A DNA stretch of 32,000 nucleotides, taken from assembly GCA_963698035.1 (NCBI GenBank), contig OY969114.1:420001-452000 (forward strand). Reading direction: 5' to 3'. Origin of the DNA: Candidatus Saccharimonadota bacterium. GTDB taxonomy: Archaea; Micrarchaeota; Micrarchaeia; Micrarchaeales; Micrarchaeaceae. The notes below the pieces were generated by a model. It was not told the DNA's origin, ran no database searches, and saw nothing but the letters and a program-made list of their open reading frames with translations. The position numbers and the translations under genes were made by a program. Shown here one piece after another: positions 8,296 through 17,280 of this stretch (within the stretch, counting starts at the first letter, position 1; each line of letters opens with the position of its first letter).

Positions 8296-9335
8296 TGCCT
8301 GAGCGCTGCCTTTGCAGCCTTCCTTTTTGATGGGTTCCAATACCTCAGTGTGAACAGCAGGAATATTGTGCCGAGTATCACTCCAAACCAGAGGTCTGCG
8401 AACCTGCTCATTATTGTAACCGCAGAGCTCAGTGCAGCATTGAGGCTGAAGGTACTGCCCACCAATGCAACAAGGCTGCCGTCTGTGACACCTATGCTAC
8501 CTGGCACGGCCGTGACCATGCCGAATACTGCCGATGTCGAGTAGGCGAAGACCGATCCGGATATGATCGGGATAACGCCTATCGCCATGAGCGAGAAGTA
8601 GAGCGTCATCGAGCTTAGGAAAGCCGCCGGCAGGGTAACCAGCAGCGATATCGCGTAGACCTTCGGGGTGTTTAGCTTGTTCTGCGATGCGAAGTACTCC
8701 TCGCCATACGGAGTGAACATCTTTATGAACTTGTTCCTGTTCAGCAGCGCCTTTATCCTCTTGTAGAGCCAGTCATTCAATACGAAGAGGAAGGGCAGCA
8801 GGAGCACGACATCTATTATTGCAATATATGCGATGTACTGGTGGACATAGATCGCAGCGACTATCGCCAGTATCGCAAAGCCGAGGAAGTCGGTGAATAT
8901 GTCGATTGTGACTATTGGCACTATGTTGATGAATTTTATCTTGGTAATCCTGTTCAGCGTATAGGCTGCCACCACCCTTCCTATATTACCCGGGGTTATC
9001 GTCATGGAATACATCGAGAAATATACCGCAAGGTTCTTTCTGAGCGGCACCTTCAGTCCCAGCAGCTTTATGTAGTAGTCCCACTTTATGAACCTGAGCA
9101 GGAAGCCCACCAGGACCGATGCGAACGCAAGCAGGTATATGTCGAGCTTTGCATGAGATATCGTGCCTATCACGTTGAAGAAGCCGCCGAAGAAAGCGAG
9201 TAACACGAAAACTATTATGCTTGCTGCGCATCCCCCAACCACAAATATAGCAACTCTGTGTATCAGCTTCAGGTAGCTCTTCTTGTCGAGCTTGGTCTGG
9301 TGCGTTATGCTGTACCAAAATGATTTTTTCGCCAT
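8277..9335 (-). CDS. Flippase-like / lysyl-phosphatidylglycerol-synthase-TM-region (UPF0104) family membrane protein
   Basis: Polytopic protein with about 8 TM segments. The block LRFIKWDYYIKLLGLKVPLRKN...TITPGNIGR is typical of the family. ATG 9335 is preferred over the TTG at 9347. It lies directly downstream of the GT4 gene. Confidence 0.65.
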   Translation of the reverse strand: MAKKSFWYSITHQTKLDKKSYLKLIHRVAIFVVGGCAASIIVFVLLAFFGGFFNVIGTISHAKLDIYLLAFASVLVGFLLRFIKWDYYIKLLGLKVPLRKNLAVYFSMYSMTITPGNIGRVVAAYTLNRITKIKFINIVPIVTIDIFTDFLGFAILAIVAAIYVHQYIAYIAIIDVVLLLPFLFVLNDWLYKRIKALLNRNKFIKMFTPYGEEYFASQNKLNTPKVYAISLLVTLPAAFLSSMTLYFSLMAIGVIPIISGSVFAYSTSAVFGMVTAVPGSIGVTDGSLVALVGSTFSLNAALSSAVTIMSRFADLWFGVILGTIFLLFTLRYWNPSKRKAAKAALRHQASSS

Positions 9336-9343
9336 CGAACCAG

Positions 9344-10510
9344 TCAATTTCTCAATACAGACCCGAACAGCTGCTCGTACCTCGCCGATATCTCATCCCA
9401 ATTATGCTCCTTTAGCATGAGCTCCCTGCCCTCCCCACTTCTCTTCTTTGCTGTAGCGGTGTTCTTAATAGTCTCTTTTATCCTCTCCTTTATTCCGGAT
9501 ATGCTCCTTGGGCGCATGTAAAGGCCGCAATCACCCATCATCTCCGGGACACCCCCCACGCGCGTAGCCACCACCGGAACCTCGCTTCCTAGGGCTTCCA
9601 TTACCGATAGCGAAGCCGGCTCGTAGAGAGATGACGAAACAAATATGTCTGCAGCGTTGTAGTAGTAAGGCATCATCCTCTCCCCAATCCCGCTCACTAT
9701 TCGGAGCCTCTTTTCTATCTTAAGGTTCTTCGCCATGTAAGCAAGCGTATCGTTCAGGTATCCCCTGCCTATTATGAAAAGGTTTGCATCAGGCGCATCC
9801 CTCTCACGCAGCAGCGCCGCCAAGGCCCTAAGAAGATAGACCTGCCCCTTTTGCGCAACCAGCCTGCCATTGTTCATTATGTTGATGGAGCCCGGATCCA
9901 AGTCAAGCTCCCTCAACGCATTTACTACATTCGGATTAGACCTTAGCCGGTGCCTGTACCTTTTTGCATCGACCCCATTGTATATCACATATGACCTTTC
10001 CCTCAAGCGCGCCGGGACTGCCGTGTCTATTGTGTTCCTTGAAACGGCGGTTATCACATCAGCATACTGCATTATCTTCCTGCCCCATACGACATCATAG
10101 AAATATCCCCAACTGTCCGTCATCATACCTATGTTCTTCGGAAGAGAATCATGCAGCGTCAGCGCTATCTTCCCCGAGGTCCTCTTTATCTGGTTTATTG
10201 TATCGAAAAAGTAGAGATAGCGGTTGTTTATATGGTAGAGCTGAGCCGATTCGCGCTGCAGCGCCTCGCGCAGGCCGAGCATGACCGGGAATGGCATCGG
10301 AAGCCCCGGAAAGTCTATGTGCCTCGTCTTCAGCCTCACCACTCTTATGCCCTTCACGTATCCTACAGAATCTTTTCTTCCGCCGTCAAGGTTCGCAGAG
10401 ATGACGGTTATGTTGTGCTTCCTGGCCATGCGGCTGTATACCTCGAGCAGCACCCGCTCCGTCCCCCCAGAATACGGATAAAAGAATGGATTCAATACGC
10501 AGATGTCCAT
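9344..10510 (-). CDS. Glycosyltransferase family 4 (GT-B, group 1)
   Basis: 388 aa. The N-terminal YPYSGGTERV and the C-terminal E-x7-E block (YEPASLSVMEALGSEVPVVATRVGGVPEMM) support the call. Confidence 0.85.
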   Translation of the reverse strand: MDICVLNPFFYPYSGGTERVLLEVYSRMARKHNITVISANLDGGRKDSVGYVKGIRVVRLKTRHIDFPGLPMPFPVMLGLREALQRESAQLYHINNRYLYFFDTINQIKRTSGKIALTLHDSLPKNIGMMTDSWGYFYDVVWGRKIMQYADVITAVSRNTIDTAVPARLRERSYVIYNGVDAKRYRHRLRSNPNVVNALRELDLDPGSINIMNNGRLVAQKGQVYLLRALAALLRERDAPDANLFIIGRGYLNDTLAYMAKNLKIEKRLRIVSGIGERMMPYYYNAADIFVSSSLYEPASLSVMEALGSEVPVVATRVGGVPEMMGDCGLYMRPRSISGIKERIKETIKNTATAKKRSGEGRELMLKEHNWDEISARYEQLFGSVLRN

Positions 10511-10607
10511 CTAATACACACCCAAATACCGCAACAAATGCAGCAATATTAATAAATCAGCTTTATATTATATACGACCAGCAAATCTATAAAAACGGAC
10601 TGTTTCG

Positions 10608-12029
10608 ATGAAGAGAAACGTAATAATACTGATGTTAGATACTGCAAGGGCCGCAGATGTTTACGGCAACAGCGCCCTCCGCACAATCGGCGCTCTCACA
10701 GAGCACGGCGTCGCATACCTTAATGCAGTGGCTCCAGGGACATGGACTGCGCCCACGCACGCGTCGCTCTTTGTCGATTCAAAGGTATCCGAAATAAAGC
10801 AGGTATCGCAGGATTTCTTCAAAAATGGATCCTCAAAAATAGATCCATGGATGGTAAAGACGAAGTTTCTTGACGGGCAGCAAAAGACCATCGCCAGCAA
10901 GCTGTCCGAGTCGGGCTACTACTCTGTGCTGCTTTCAAACAACCCGTTTCTTACAAGCAACACAAACCTCGCCGCAGGATTCGACAAGGTATATGATATA
11001 TGGATGCATTCAAACATAAAGTACAATAAGGGCCTTTATGACAGAGTAGCGTTCTTCCTCAACGGTGGCGCCAGGACGCGCTCCAAGCTCTACAAGGCTA
11101 GCTACATTGTATCCAAAATGCTCCCCAGCCCGATTTTCGACAGGGCCTACCTGAGCCTGAGGAAGAAGATGGACAGGAGCGTAGCCGACGCGGACGGCAC
11201 ATACCGCCTAGACAGGGGCGCAAATGACACAAACGAGGTGCTCCGAAAGTATCTCAAGTACAACTACAACTATTCCCCGCAGTTCATATTCATAAACTAC
11301 ATAGAGGCCCATGAGAACTACCCCATGCCCAAGAGCGATACCGTCCAAGACAAGTGGCTCTACCTCGGAGGTATAGAGGAATTGGGAGACGACATGAAAA
11401 GGTCGCTCCACAAGGCATACCTGAGGAGGCTCGCATATCTTGACGAAAAAATAGGCAATGCCATAAGAATACTCAAGAGAGCAGGCATGCTCGAGAATGC
11501 TACCGTGGTGGTCACCTCCGATCACGGGCAGCTCTTCGGCGAGCACAACGGCCTCTATCACGCCATGCCACCTTACGAAGGGGTCTCAAAGGTACCGCTG
11601 ATAGCGGCCAACTACTCCAACGGCAAGCAGGTAAGCGAAAAGGATTATGTGGAGGCCCCGGTAAGCCTACTCTCACTGCATCAGGCGATACTTAACGTAG
11701 CTTCTGGCAGATATGACCGCCTAAACGGCAATCTTAGGAGGCAGAGGTATGTCCTGTCAGAGCATACCGGGATAAGCGAGGGATGGGACGAGGAGTTGCT
11801 CGCCATGCTCAAATCCAGGTCTCCCACTGCAAGAAAGATATACGCTGCGAAGAAGCGCTTCAACAAGCGGGCTACTGCCGTATATTCGGGAAGGTTCAAG
11901 CTCATACACTTCTTCGGCAGCCCGATGGACGAGCTCTACGATCTCAGCGCGGATCCGCAGGAGACGGACAACATAATCGGTGTCAACAGGGGCATCGCGA
12001 ACAAGATGTCTAGGATGGCTGCGGTATAG
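10608..12029 (+). CDS. Sulfatase-like alkaline-phosphatase-superfamily hydrolase/transferase
   Basis: 473 aa. It has an N-terminal metal-site block VIILMLDTARAD, the nucleophile-motif position T-A-P-T-H-A-S-L (where sulfatases have C/S-x-P-x-R), and VVVTSDHGQLFGEHNGLYH. No signal peptide or TM segment is visible. Confidence 0.75.
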   Translation: MKRNVIILMLDTARAADVYGNSALRTIGALTEHGVAYLNAVAPGTWTAPTHASLFVDSKVSEIKQVSQDFFKNGSSKIDPWMVKTKFLDGQQKTIASKLSESGYYSVLLSNNPFLTSNTNLAAGFDKVYDIWMHSNIKYNKGLYDRVAFFLNGGARTRSKLYKASYIVSKMLPSPIFDRAYLSLRKKMDRSVADADGTYRLDRGANDTNEVLRKYLKYNYNYSPQFIFINYIEAHENYPMPKSDTVQDKWLYLGGIEELGDDMKRSLHKAYLRRLAYLDEKIGNAIRILKRAGMLENATVVVTSDHGQLFGEHNGLYHAMPPYEGVSKVPLIAANYSNGKQVSEKDYVEAPVSLLSLHQAILNVASGRYDRLNGNLRRQRYVLSEHTGISEGWDEELLAMLKSRSPTARKIYAAKKRFNKRATAVYSGRFKLIHFFGSPMDELYDLSADPQETDNIIGVNRGIANKMSRMAAV

Positions 12030-12827
12030 CTAGCTGCCGAGTATGCTCTTTACGTACGGCTGGTCGCACACAGATGCAGGAGTGAAATTGTCCATCAGGC
12101 ATATCTGCGCGGTGAATATGTTCGCCTGCCCTATTATCGTCTGCGATACCGTTGAGTTTGATAGGGAGAGCAAGCCTATTATCTGGCCCCAGTTCATTCC
12201 ATCAAGCGTTCCGGGGGAGGTGCTCGTTGATATGCCTACCTGGAAGCTCTGGTTGCCGAAGTCTACGAACGGGATTGACTCGCCCGTATCGTAGGCGAGC
12301 GCTTCCGCGCTCTGGAGCTGGCTTAGCTGCTGCAATGACGCCCCTGACCTGTTCTCTATCTCAGAGGGAAGGAAGGATATCGCGCTGCTGCTGTATGTTG
12401 AATTGTAGAATGTGAACGTTGGCGTGTTCGCAAATCTGTCCGAAGAGCTAGACGCTGTGTAATGGAGAGACTGAAAGCTGCCAAACCTCATCAGCGCTAT
12501 TATGAGTCCCCATCGCGTGAGCGCGCAGAAGGGACAGTAATCTGCTCCTATATATATTAGCGCAGGCTTTCCGTCAACGATTGTGACGTTCTTTCCGGTT
12601 ATCTTTGTAGGATAGGGATATACGATTCCGGGCCCCACCTTGTTCGCGAGCGTGGCGTTGTTCGCTATACTCTGCAGTGCAATAAGCTGGGTTTGGTTTA
12701 CTGGCTGGTTGATGAACATCTCTACGCTCGAGCCAGAGGTACTGTTCAGGTAGAGCACCAGCAGCGCAACGGCAATTATCACCACCAAGACAATTCCGTA
12801 GATCACCTTTTTGTTCAAGAATATCAC
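12030..12827 (-). CDS. DUF929 family protein (thioredoxin-like, CPFC motif, N-terminal membrane anchor)
   Basis: N-terminal TM segment VIYGIVLVVIIAVALLVLYL. The blocks ALIYIGADYCPFCALTRWGLIIALMRFGSF, NTPTFTF, IPFVDFGN and ANIFTAQIC...SVC are the DUF929 pattern. It contains several N-x-S/T sequons. The start is GTG. Confidence 0.75.
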   Translation of the reverse strand: MIFLNKKVIYGIVLVVIIAVALLVLYLNSTSGSSVEMFINQPVNQTQLIALQSIANNATLANKVGPGIVYPYPTKITGKNVTIVDGKPALIYIGADYCPFCALTRWGLIIALMRFGSFQSLHYTASSSSDRFANTPTFTFYNSTYSSSAISFLPSEIENRSGASLQQLSQLQSAEALAYDTGESIPFVDFGNQSFQVGISTSTSPGTLDGMNWGQIIGLLSLSNSTVSQTIIGQANIFTAQICLMDNFTPASVCDQPYVKSILGS

Positions 12828-12863
12828 GCGAATTGCTAAACATCTATCAAAACAAATTTATAA

Positions 12864-13400
12864 CTACCGGAATTTCCTAGTATAGTAGAGGATTCCAGAT
12901 ATCGTTTTCGTGTCGGTTATGGTATTGTCATCTATCATCTTAAGAATCTGCTTAAGAGTCGGGAAGAGCAGCCGAATCGCCTCGTGCCTACCCATATGCG
13001 GCTTTCCCTTTTTCAGACCGGTTGCCACATAGAAATGCGAGGAATAGGTAATTTTACCCGGATCTACGTACTGCCTGAATAGGAATCTCATCTTTCCAGC
13101 AGTATACCCTGTCTCCTCCTTCAGCTCCCTGCGCGCCGCCGTCAGTGCGGTTTCCCCCCTGTCTATGCCACCTGCAGGGAGTTCAAGTATTGTCTTCCTG
13201 ATCACAGGGCGGTACTGCCTCTCCAGTATGATTTTGTCTCCCAGGACCGGAATTATGACCACTGCATCCCCGGTCACCACGCGGCTTATCATGTAGTTAG
13301 GGTCGCCGTTCACCATCATCCTCTCTTCCTCAACATAGAACGGCCTGCTCCTGTATACAATCCTCTTCAAGAGTACCACGCTATCATTATCAGCAAGCAT
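12864..13400 (-). CDS. NUDIX hydrolase (ADP-ribose pyrophosphatase-like)
   Basis: The Nudix box is GGIDRGETALTAARRELKEETGY (G-x5-E-x7-REUxEExGU). Confidence 0.85.
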   Translation of the reverse strand: MLADNDSVVLLKRIVYRSRPFYVEEERMMVNGDPNYMISRVVTGDAVVIIPVLGDKIILERQYRPVIRKTILELPAGGIDRGETALTAARRELKEETGYTAGKMRFLFRQYVDPGKITYSSHFYVATGLKKGKPHMGRHEAIRLLFPTLKQILKMIDDNTITDTKTISGILYYTRKFR

Positions 13401-13429
13401 TTATATCTTGTTTTCGTTATCCTCAGAGA

Positions 13430-13571
13430 GGGGCTGTAGCGTAACTTGGCAGCGCAGCTGGCTCCAGATGTTTATAATTAGGTGAGCGGGAAACCGCGAT
13501 GATGATAATCTGGAATATTAATTAAAATATGAAGTTACCAGCAAATCCGGGTTCAAATCCCGGCGGCCCCA
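13430..13571 (+). tRNA. tRNA-Trp(CCA) with a 69-nt intron at the canonical 37/38 position (intron about 13468-13536)
   Basis: Hand-folded. Acceptor is GGGGCUG/CGGCCCC and the D stem is GCGU/GCGC. The anticodon stem GCUGG (13457-61) pairs with CCAGC (13538-42) around the loop CU-CCA-GA. The T arm is CCGGG-UUCAAAU-CCCGG and the discriminator is A. No CCA is encoded. Confidence 0.85.
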
Positions 13572-13591
13572 AAAGATAAAGCGGTAATCGG

Positions 13592-14443
13592 CTAAGCGAA
13601 GCCGCCTACCAGCGCTATAAGGCCGCCTATTATCGCTATAGCACCAAGTGCGAACACTATCGTCGTTATCCTGCTGCTTGCTGCCTCCTTAAGCAGGAAT
13701 CTTATTAAGACAAGGCTCACAACTACCGATATCGCCATCGCCAGCAGTATATTCCATTTGCCTATCACACTCAGCGCAGCCGCGACCTGGCCGTGCGAGA
13801 TAAGCAATGTTATCGCTGTCGCTCCTATCGATGCAGGAATGAGCGCAAGGAAAGATAGTCTGAACGATTCCTCCGGTTTTACCCCCAGTATGAGCATGCT
13901 TGACACGGTTGTACCGGACCTGCTTACGCCAGGCAGTGCCGATATTCCCTGACAGACCCCGACTATGATGAGGTCCCAAAGGGTCATCTCCTTGATGCTC
14001 TTTGAAGGCGATGTCCTGGACCTAGCAAATTTTATCAGGAGCCCGTCTATCACGAGGATTATGCCTAGTATTATCATCGGTATCCCAAGGACCGGGCCCT
14101 GCACCTCTGACGATATAACTACATAAATTATTCCTCCTATCACAGCGGTTATTGCCGTGACGACTATCAAGTACTTCAGCAGCAGCCATCCCATCTCCCC
14201 TCCTCTGCCCACAATCGCTTTGAGCACTATCCAGGCTTCCCTTCTGAAATAGATCAACGCCGCGATGAACGTGCCCCCCTCAAGAAAGAGGCCTAGTGCA
14301 TAGCTCTGGGTGAAGCTCAGCCCCAGCAGCAGCGTCGCAACGAGCAGCACCTGCGTCTTGCTGCTTATAGGTATCCACTCGCTGATGCCCATCACTACAC
14401 CGAGTATTACCCCCACGACTATACCGGGAAGCAGCAGCGTCAT
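13592..14443 (-). CDS. uppP: Undecaprenyl/dolichyl-diphosphate phosphatase (UppP/BacA family)
   Basis: 283 aa and polytopic. The signature LPGVSRSGTT and the N-terminal SEWIPISS block support the call. Confidence 0.9.
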   Translation of the reverse strand: MTLLLPGIVVGVILGVVMGISEWIPISSKTQVLLVATLLLGLSFTQSYALGLFLEGGTFIAALIYFRREAWIVLKAIVGRGGEMGWLLLKYLIVVTAITAVIGGIIYVVISSEVQGPVLGIPMIILGIILVIDGLLIKFARSRTSPSKSIKEMTLWDLIIVGVCQGISALPGVSRSGTTVSSMLILGVKPEESFRLSFLALIPASIGATAITLLISHGQVAAALSVIGKWNILLAMAISVVVSLVLIRFLLKEAASSRITTIVFALGAIAIIGGLIALVGGFA

Positions 14444-14527
14444 TCCAAGCGCGACTCTATCGCAATGCGATTGGTAGCTATCCGTATTCAGCTTAAATAA
14501 CCTTTCTGATTCTTGCCGCCGGGTGAG

Positions 14528-15370
14528 TTATCTGCCAAGCACCTTGGTGTGCTTCACGGTTTCGTCACCAGAAAGGATGTGCCCTATTATGCCGGGCTTC
14601 TGGGCGTTGGCTATGTAGCCAGTGCAGTTTCCAGAATTCTTCACGATTTCGTACAGGGTTGAAATCTTTGTCTTCATGCCTCCGGTGACATCCACCTTTC
14701 CCGCCCCTCCAGCAGATGATATTATCTGCTCCACGTTTGAGTTGTCGACTAATGTGACGAGCTTCGCATCTCCGTACTTGTTCGGGTCCTTGTCGTATAT
14801 GCCATCAACGTCTGTGGCGAGCACCACCTTCCGTGGCTGCAGGAAAGTCGATATGAAGCGTAAGACCTCTTCAGTAGATGCTATTGAGACCCCCTGCTTT
14901 GAGTCCATCACAACATCGCCATAAACAATCGGTATAAATCCACTGGCAAGGGCAGCCTTGATCTGTTCGACAAAGCCGCTACTTAGACGCTTTCCGTGTG
15001 CAAGCCCAAAACTTGCCGCCGAGAACGGAAATGCCGGCATGCCGAGCTTCAGCGCTTCGTCCACCACTATTGAGTTGAGTTCGTTTGCAACCGCCTTCGT
15101 CAGCGACGCGCCCCTAAGGCTATCTCTCGTTATGAGGCCCTCGTTCACCCTGTACTCCTTGGCGGTGACATGACCAAAGGAGCCGGCTCCGTGCCCTATT
15201 ATTATGTCAAATCCCTTCTCGTTCTTCGCGTCGTAAATCTCTTTCAGCAGGCGCGATATCACGCCCCTCTTCGCTGTTCTGGGCTTCGCCTGGTCCGTTA
15301 TGCTTCCCCCGCCTATTTTTATCATGTAGAGTTCCTTCATAGCATCATCCTGGTCTCGTGTTCTGCTCAT
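14528..15370 (-). CDS. Isopentenyl phosphate kinase (amino-acid-kinase fold)
   Basis: IKIGGGSITD, GHGAGSFGH and a C-terminal DVTGGM block support the call. It lies immediately downstream of mvk. The true start may be an internal Met (15340 or 15325). Confidence 0.85.
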   Translation of the reverse strand: MSRTRDQDDAMKELYMIKIGGGSITDQAKPRTAKRGVISRLLKEIYDAKNEKGFDIIIGHGAGSFGHVTAKEYRVNEGLITRDSLRGASLTKAVANELNSIVVDEALKLGMPAFPFSAASFGLAHGKRLSSGFVEQIKAALASGFIPIVYGDVVMDSKQGVSIASTEEVLRFISTFLQPRKVVLATDVDGIYDKDPNKYGDAKLVTLVDNSNVEQIISSAGGAGKVDVTGGMKTKISTLYEIVKNSGNCTGYIANAQKPGIIGHILSGDETVKHTKVLGR

Positions 15371-15437
15371 CTATCAGCGAGCCTGCCTCGCCAAGGCTTG
15401 GTATCCAGCCTTCTACCAATCACGAATGCGCCGTCGG

Positions 15438-16460
15438 TCAATCCTCCAGATAATTATATGCCCCATCATTATTTATCTCTGTCACTCTGGATTTAAATCC
15501 AGCCGCGTTCATCTGCTCGGCAAGCGCGTTTGGATCTGCACCAACAGCAATCGCTATGCCTCCACCCCCGCCTCCGCTCAGCTTAACCCCGTACGCCCCG
15601 TTAGCCCTGCCCAGTTCCACCGCCCTGTCAAGCCCTTCGCTAGAGACGCCAAGGGCTCTAAGGGCTTTGTGATTGCTGTACATTAGCTCCCCGACCCTCT
15701 TCATATCCCCTCTTCTCAACGCATCAAGCCCTGCAAGGCTGTACTCCTGTATTACATCTGTCATCCGTTCGACGTAGTCCTTGTCACGCTTGTAGAGCTC
15801 CGCGATATGGCCCACGGTCTCGGCTGTGCTCTTCTTCGGCCCCGTATCTATCAGCACGATCTTTATCCCGGGCACGCATTGCTCCTTCTTGGCACCAAGC
15901 TTAGCGCCGAAGCTCACGACCCCGCCATAATACGATGCATTTACATCAATAGCGCCGGCATTCGGATTGCTGTGTATTATCCTGTCGCCATCCCTCGCTA
16001 CGTCTATTATCTGACTGTCGCTAAGCTCGATGCGCCCCTCCTTCACAAACGCAGCAGCCAGAGCGGTGGAGCACGCCGCACTGCTCGCATATCCTCTCTG
16101 CAGAGGTATCTCGGAAGTCAGCTCCGCAACAGCGCCGAAGGGGTTCAGGTGATGTTCTGAATAGAGCCTTGCAGCTATCACTGCATATGGGAGCGCTGCC
16201 CTCTCAATATCCGAATTGGCCCCTATAAAGTCCTTTATCTCGTTGGTACGGTATGATTTGTAGAGATCGTCCATCCTAGCACGCTCGATAACAGACCCTA
16301 CCTGCAGGTCAGGCAGCGATATGCTGAATTTGTTTCCCGATGCCCTCCCAATTTTTGCAGATGCGCGCATGCCTATCGCAGCCGCTACTGACAGCTTGCC
16401 GTATACGACTGCGTGCTCGCCGAACAGCTTTATTACCCCTGGGGCTTTCACTTCGGTCAT
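15438..16460 (-). CDS. mvk: Mevalonate kinase (GHMP kinase)
   Basis: APGVIKLFGEHAVVYG, GYASSAACSTALAAA and KLSGGGGGGIAIA are GHMP motifs I-III. Confidence 0.9.
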   Translation of the reverse strand: MTEVKAPGVIKLFGEHAVVYGKLSVAAAIGMRASAKIGRASGNKFSISLPDLQVGSVIERARMDDLYKSYRTNEIKDFIGANSDIERAALPYAVIAARLYSEHHLNPFGAVAELTSEIPLQRGYASSAACSTALAAAFVKEGRIELSDSQIIDVARDGDRIIHSNPNAGAIDVNASYYGGVVSFGAKLGAKKEQCVPGIKIVLIDTGPKKSTAETVGHIAELYKRDKDYVERMTDVIQEYSLAGLDALRRGDMKRVGELMYSNHKALRALGVSSEGLDRAVELGRANGAYGVKLSGGGGGGIAIAVGADPNALAEQMNAAGFKSRVTEINNDGAYNYLED

Positions 16461-16778
16461 TGGATCAGTTCCCTCTATACAGCTCTAAAGCCGAGCTATT
16501 TATGCACCAGGGAGGTTACGTCTGGCGACGAAATATTATTCATTTGACCTCCATGTTGCAGCTCGCAACAAGTCGTATGCTACGTATCCTGTTGCCTTGG
16601 GCAGCTGAATTACAGGTTCCAGGGCACCATGAGCTGGGTAAGTATGAAGTATAGCATAGACCGGCCGCAGAGGCGGCAACGATGCAGTTGTTTTTGTTTT
16701 TTCTCCTTTTCTTTATTTTTATGTTTTTTACCTAGTTATCGGTTTATCAACCAAAGGGATTTTTAACCAAAATGCATA

Positions 16779-17255
16779 ATGGATGATGCCGGTGTGGTCA
16801 TGAGGCGCAAAAAGCTAACCCAAGCCGAGAAAATTGTGATGCTGGAAGGGGGCACTGAGATGCCTTTTACAGGTGAATACGACCAAAACTTCGCCAGAGG
16901 GGTCTACGTCTGCAGGAGGTGCGGTGCTCCGCTTTACAAATCAGACCGCAAGTTCGACGCTCATTGCGGCTGGCCCGCCTTCGACCAGGAGATAAGGGGC
17001 GCTGTTGAGAGATATAAAGACGAGGACGGCGTCAGGATAGGGATTAAATGCGCTAAATGCGGCGCTCATCTCGGCCATGTGTTTGAAGGCGAGAGGTTCA
17101 CTAAAACGAACCTTAGGCACTGCGTCAATTCCCTTTCAATGAAGTTTATTCCAAGCAGCAAGAAAGCAAAGTCCGCGGTCCAGCGCAACAAGCAGACAGA
17201 GGTCATATCCAATGGTGCAATAGTCGAAGCAGACAACCAAGAGGAGAAGTATTGA
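16779..17255 (+). CDS. msrB: Peptide-methionine (R)-S-oxide reductase
   Basis: Two CxxC pairs (CRRCGAPL, CAKCGAHLGHVF) and the catalytic RHCVNS are present, followed by a C-terminal extension of about 30 aa. Confidence 0.9.
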   Translation: MDDAGVVMRRKKLTQAEKIVMLEGGTEMPFTGEYDQNFARGVYVCRRCGAPLYKSDRKFDAHCGWPAFDQEIRGAVERYKDEDGVRIGIKCAKCGAHLGHVFEGERFTKTNLRHCVNSLSMKFIPSSKKAKSAVQRNKQTEVISNGAIVEADNQEEKY

Positions 17256-17280
17256 TAAATCGCGGTAAACGGTGCGACCA

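Noticed and set aside
16340-16654. 104-aa plus-strand ORF (also its internal 50-aa version starting at about 16502)
   Set aside because: It overlaps the mvk start by 120 nt in antisense. It uses CGA, CGT and CTA codons that are atypical for this window. It has no promoter spacing and no recognisable motif.
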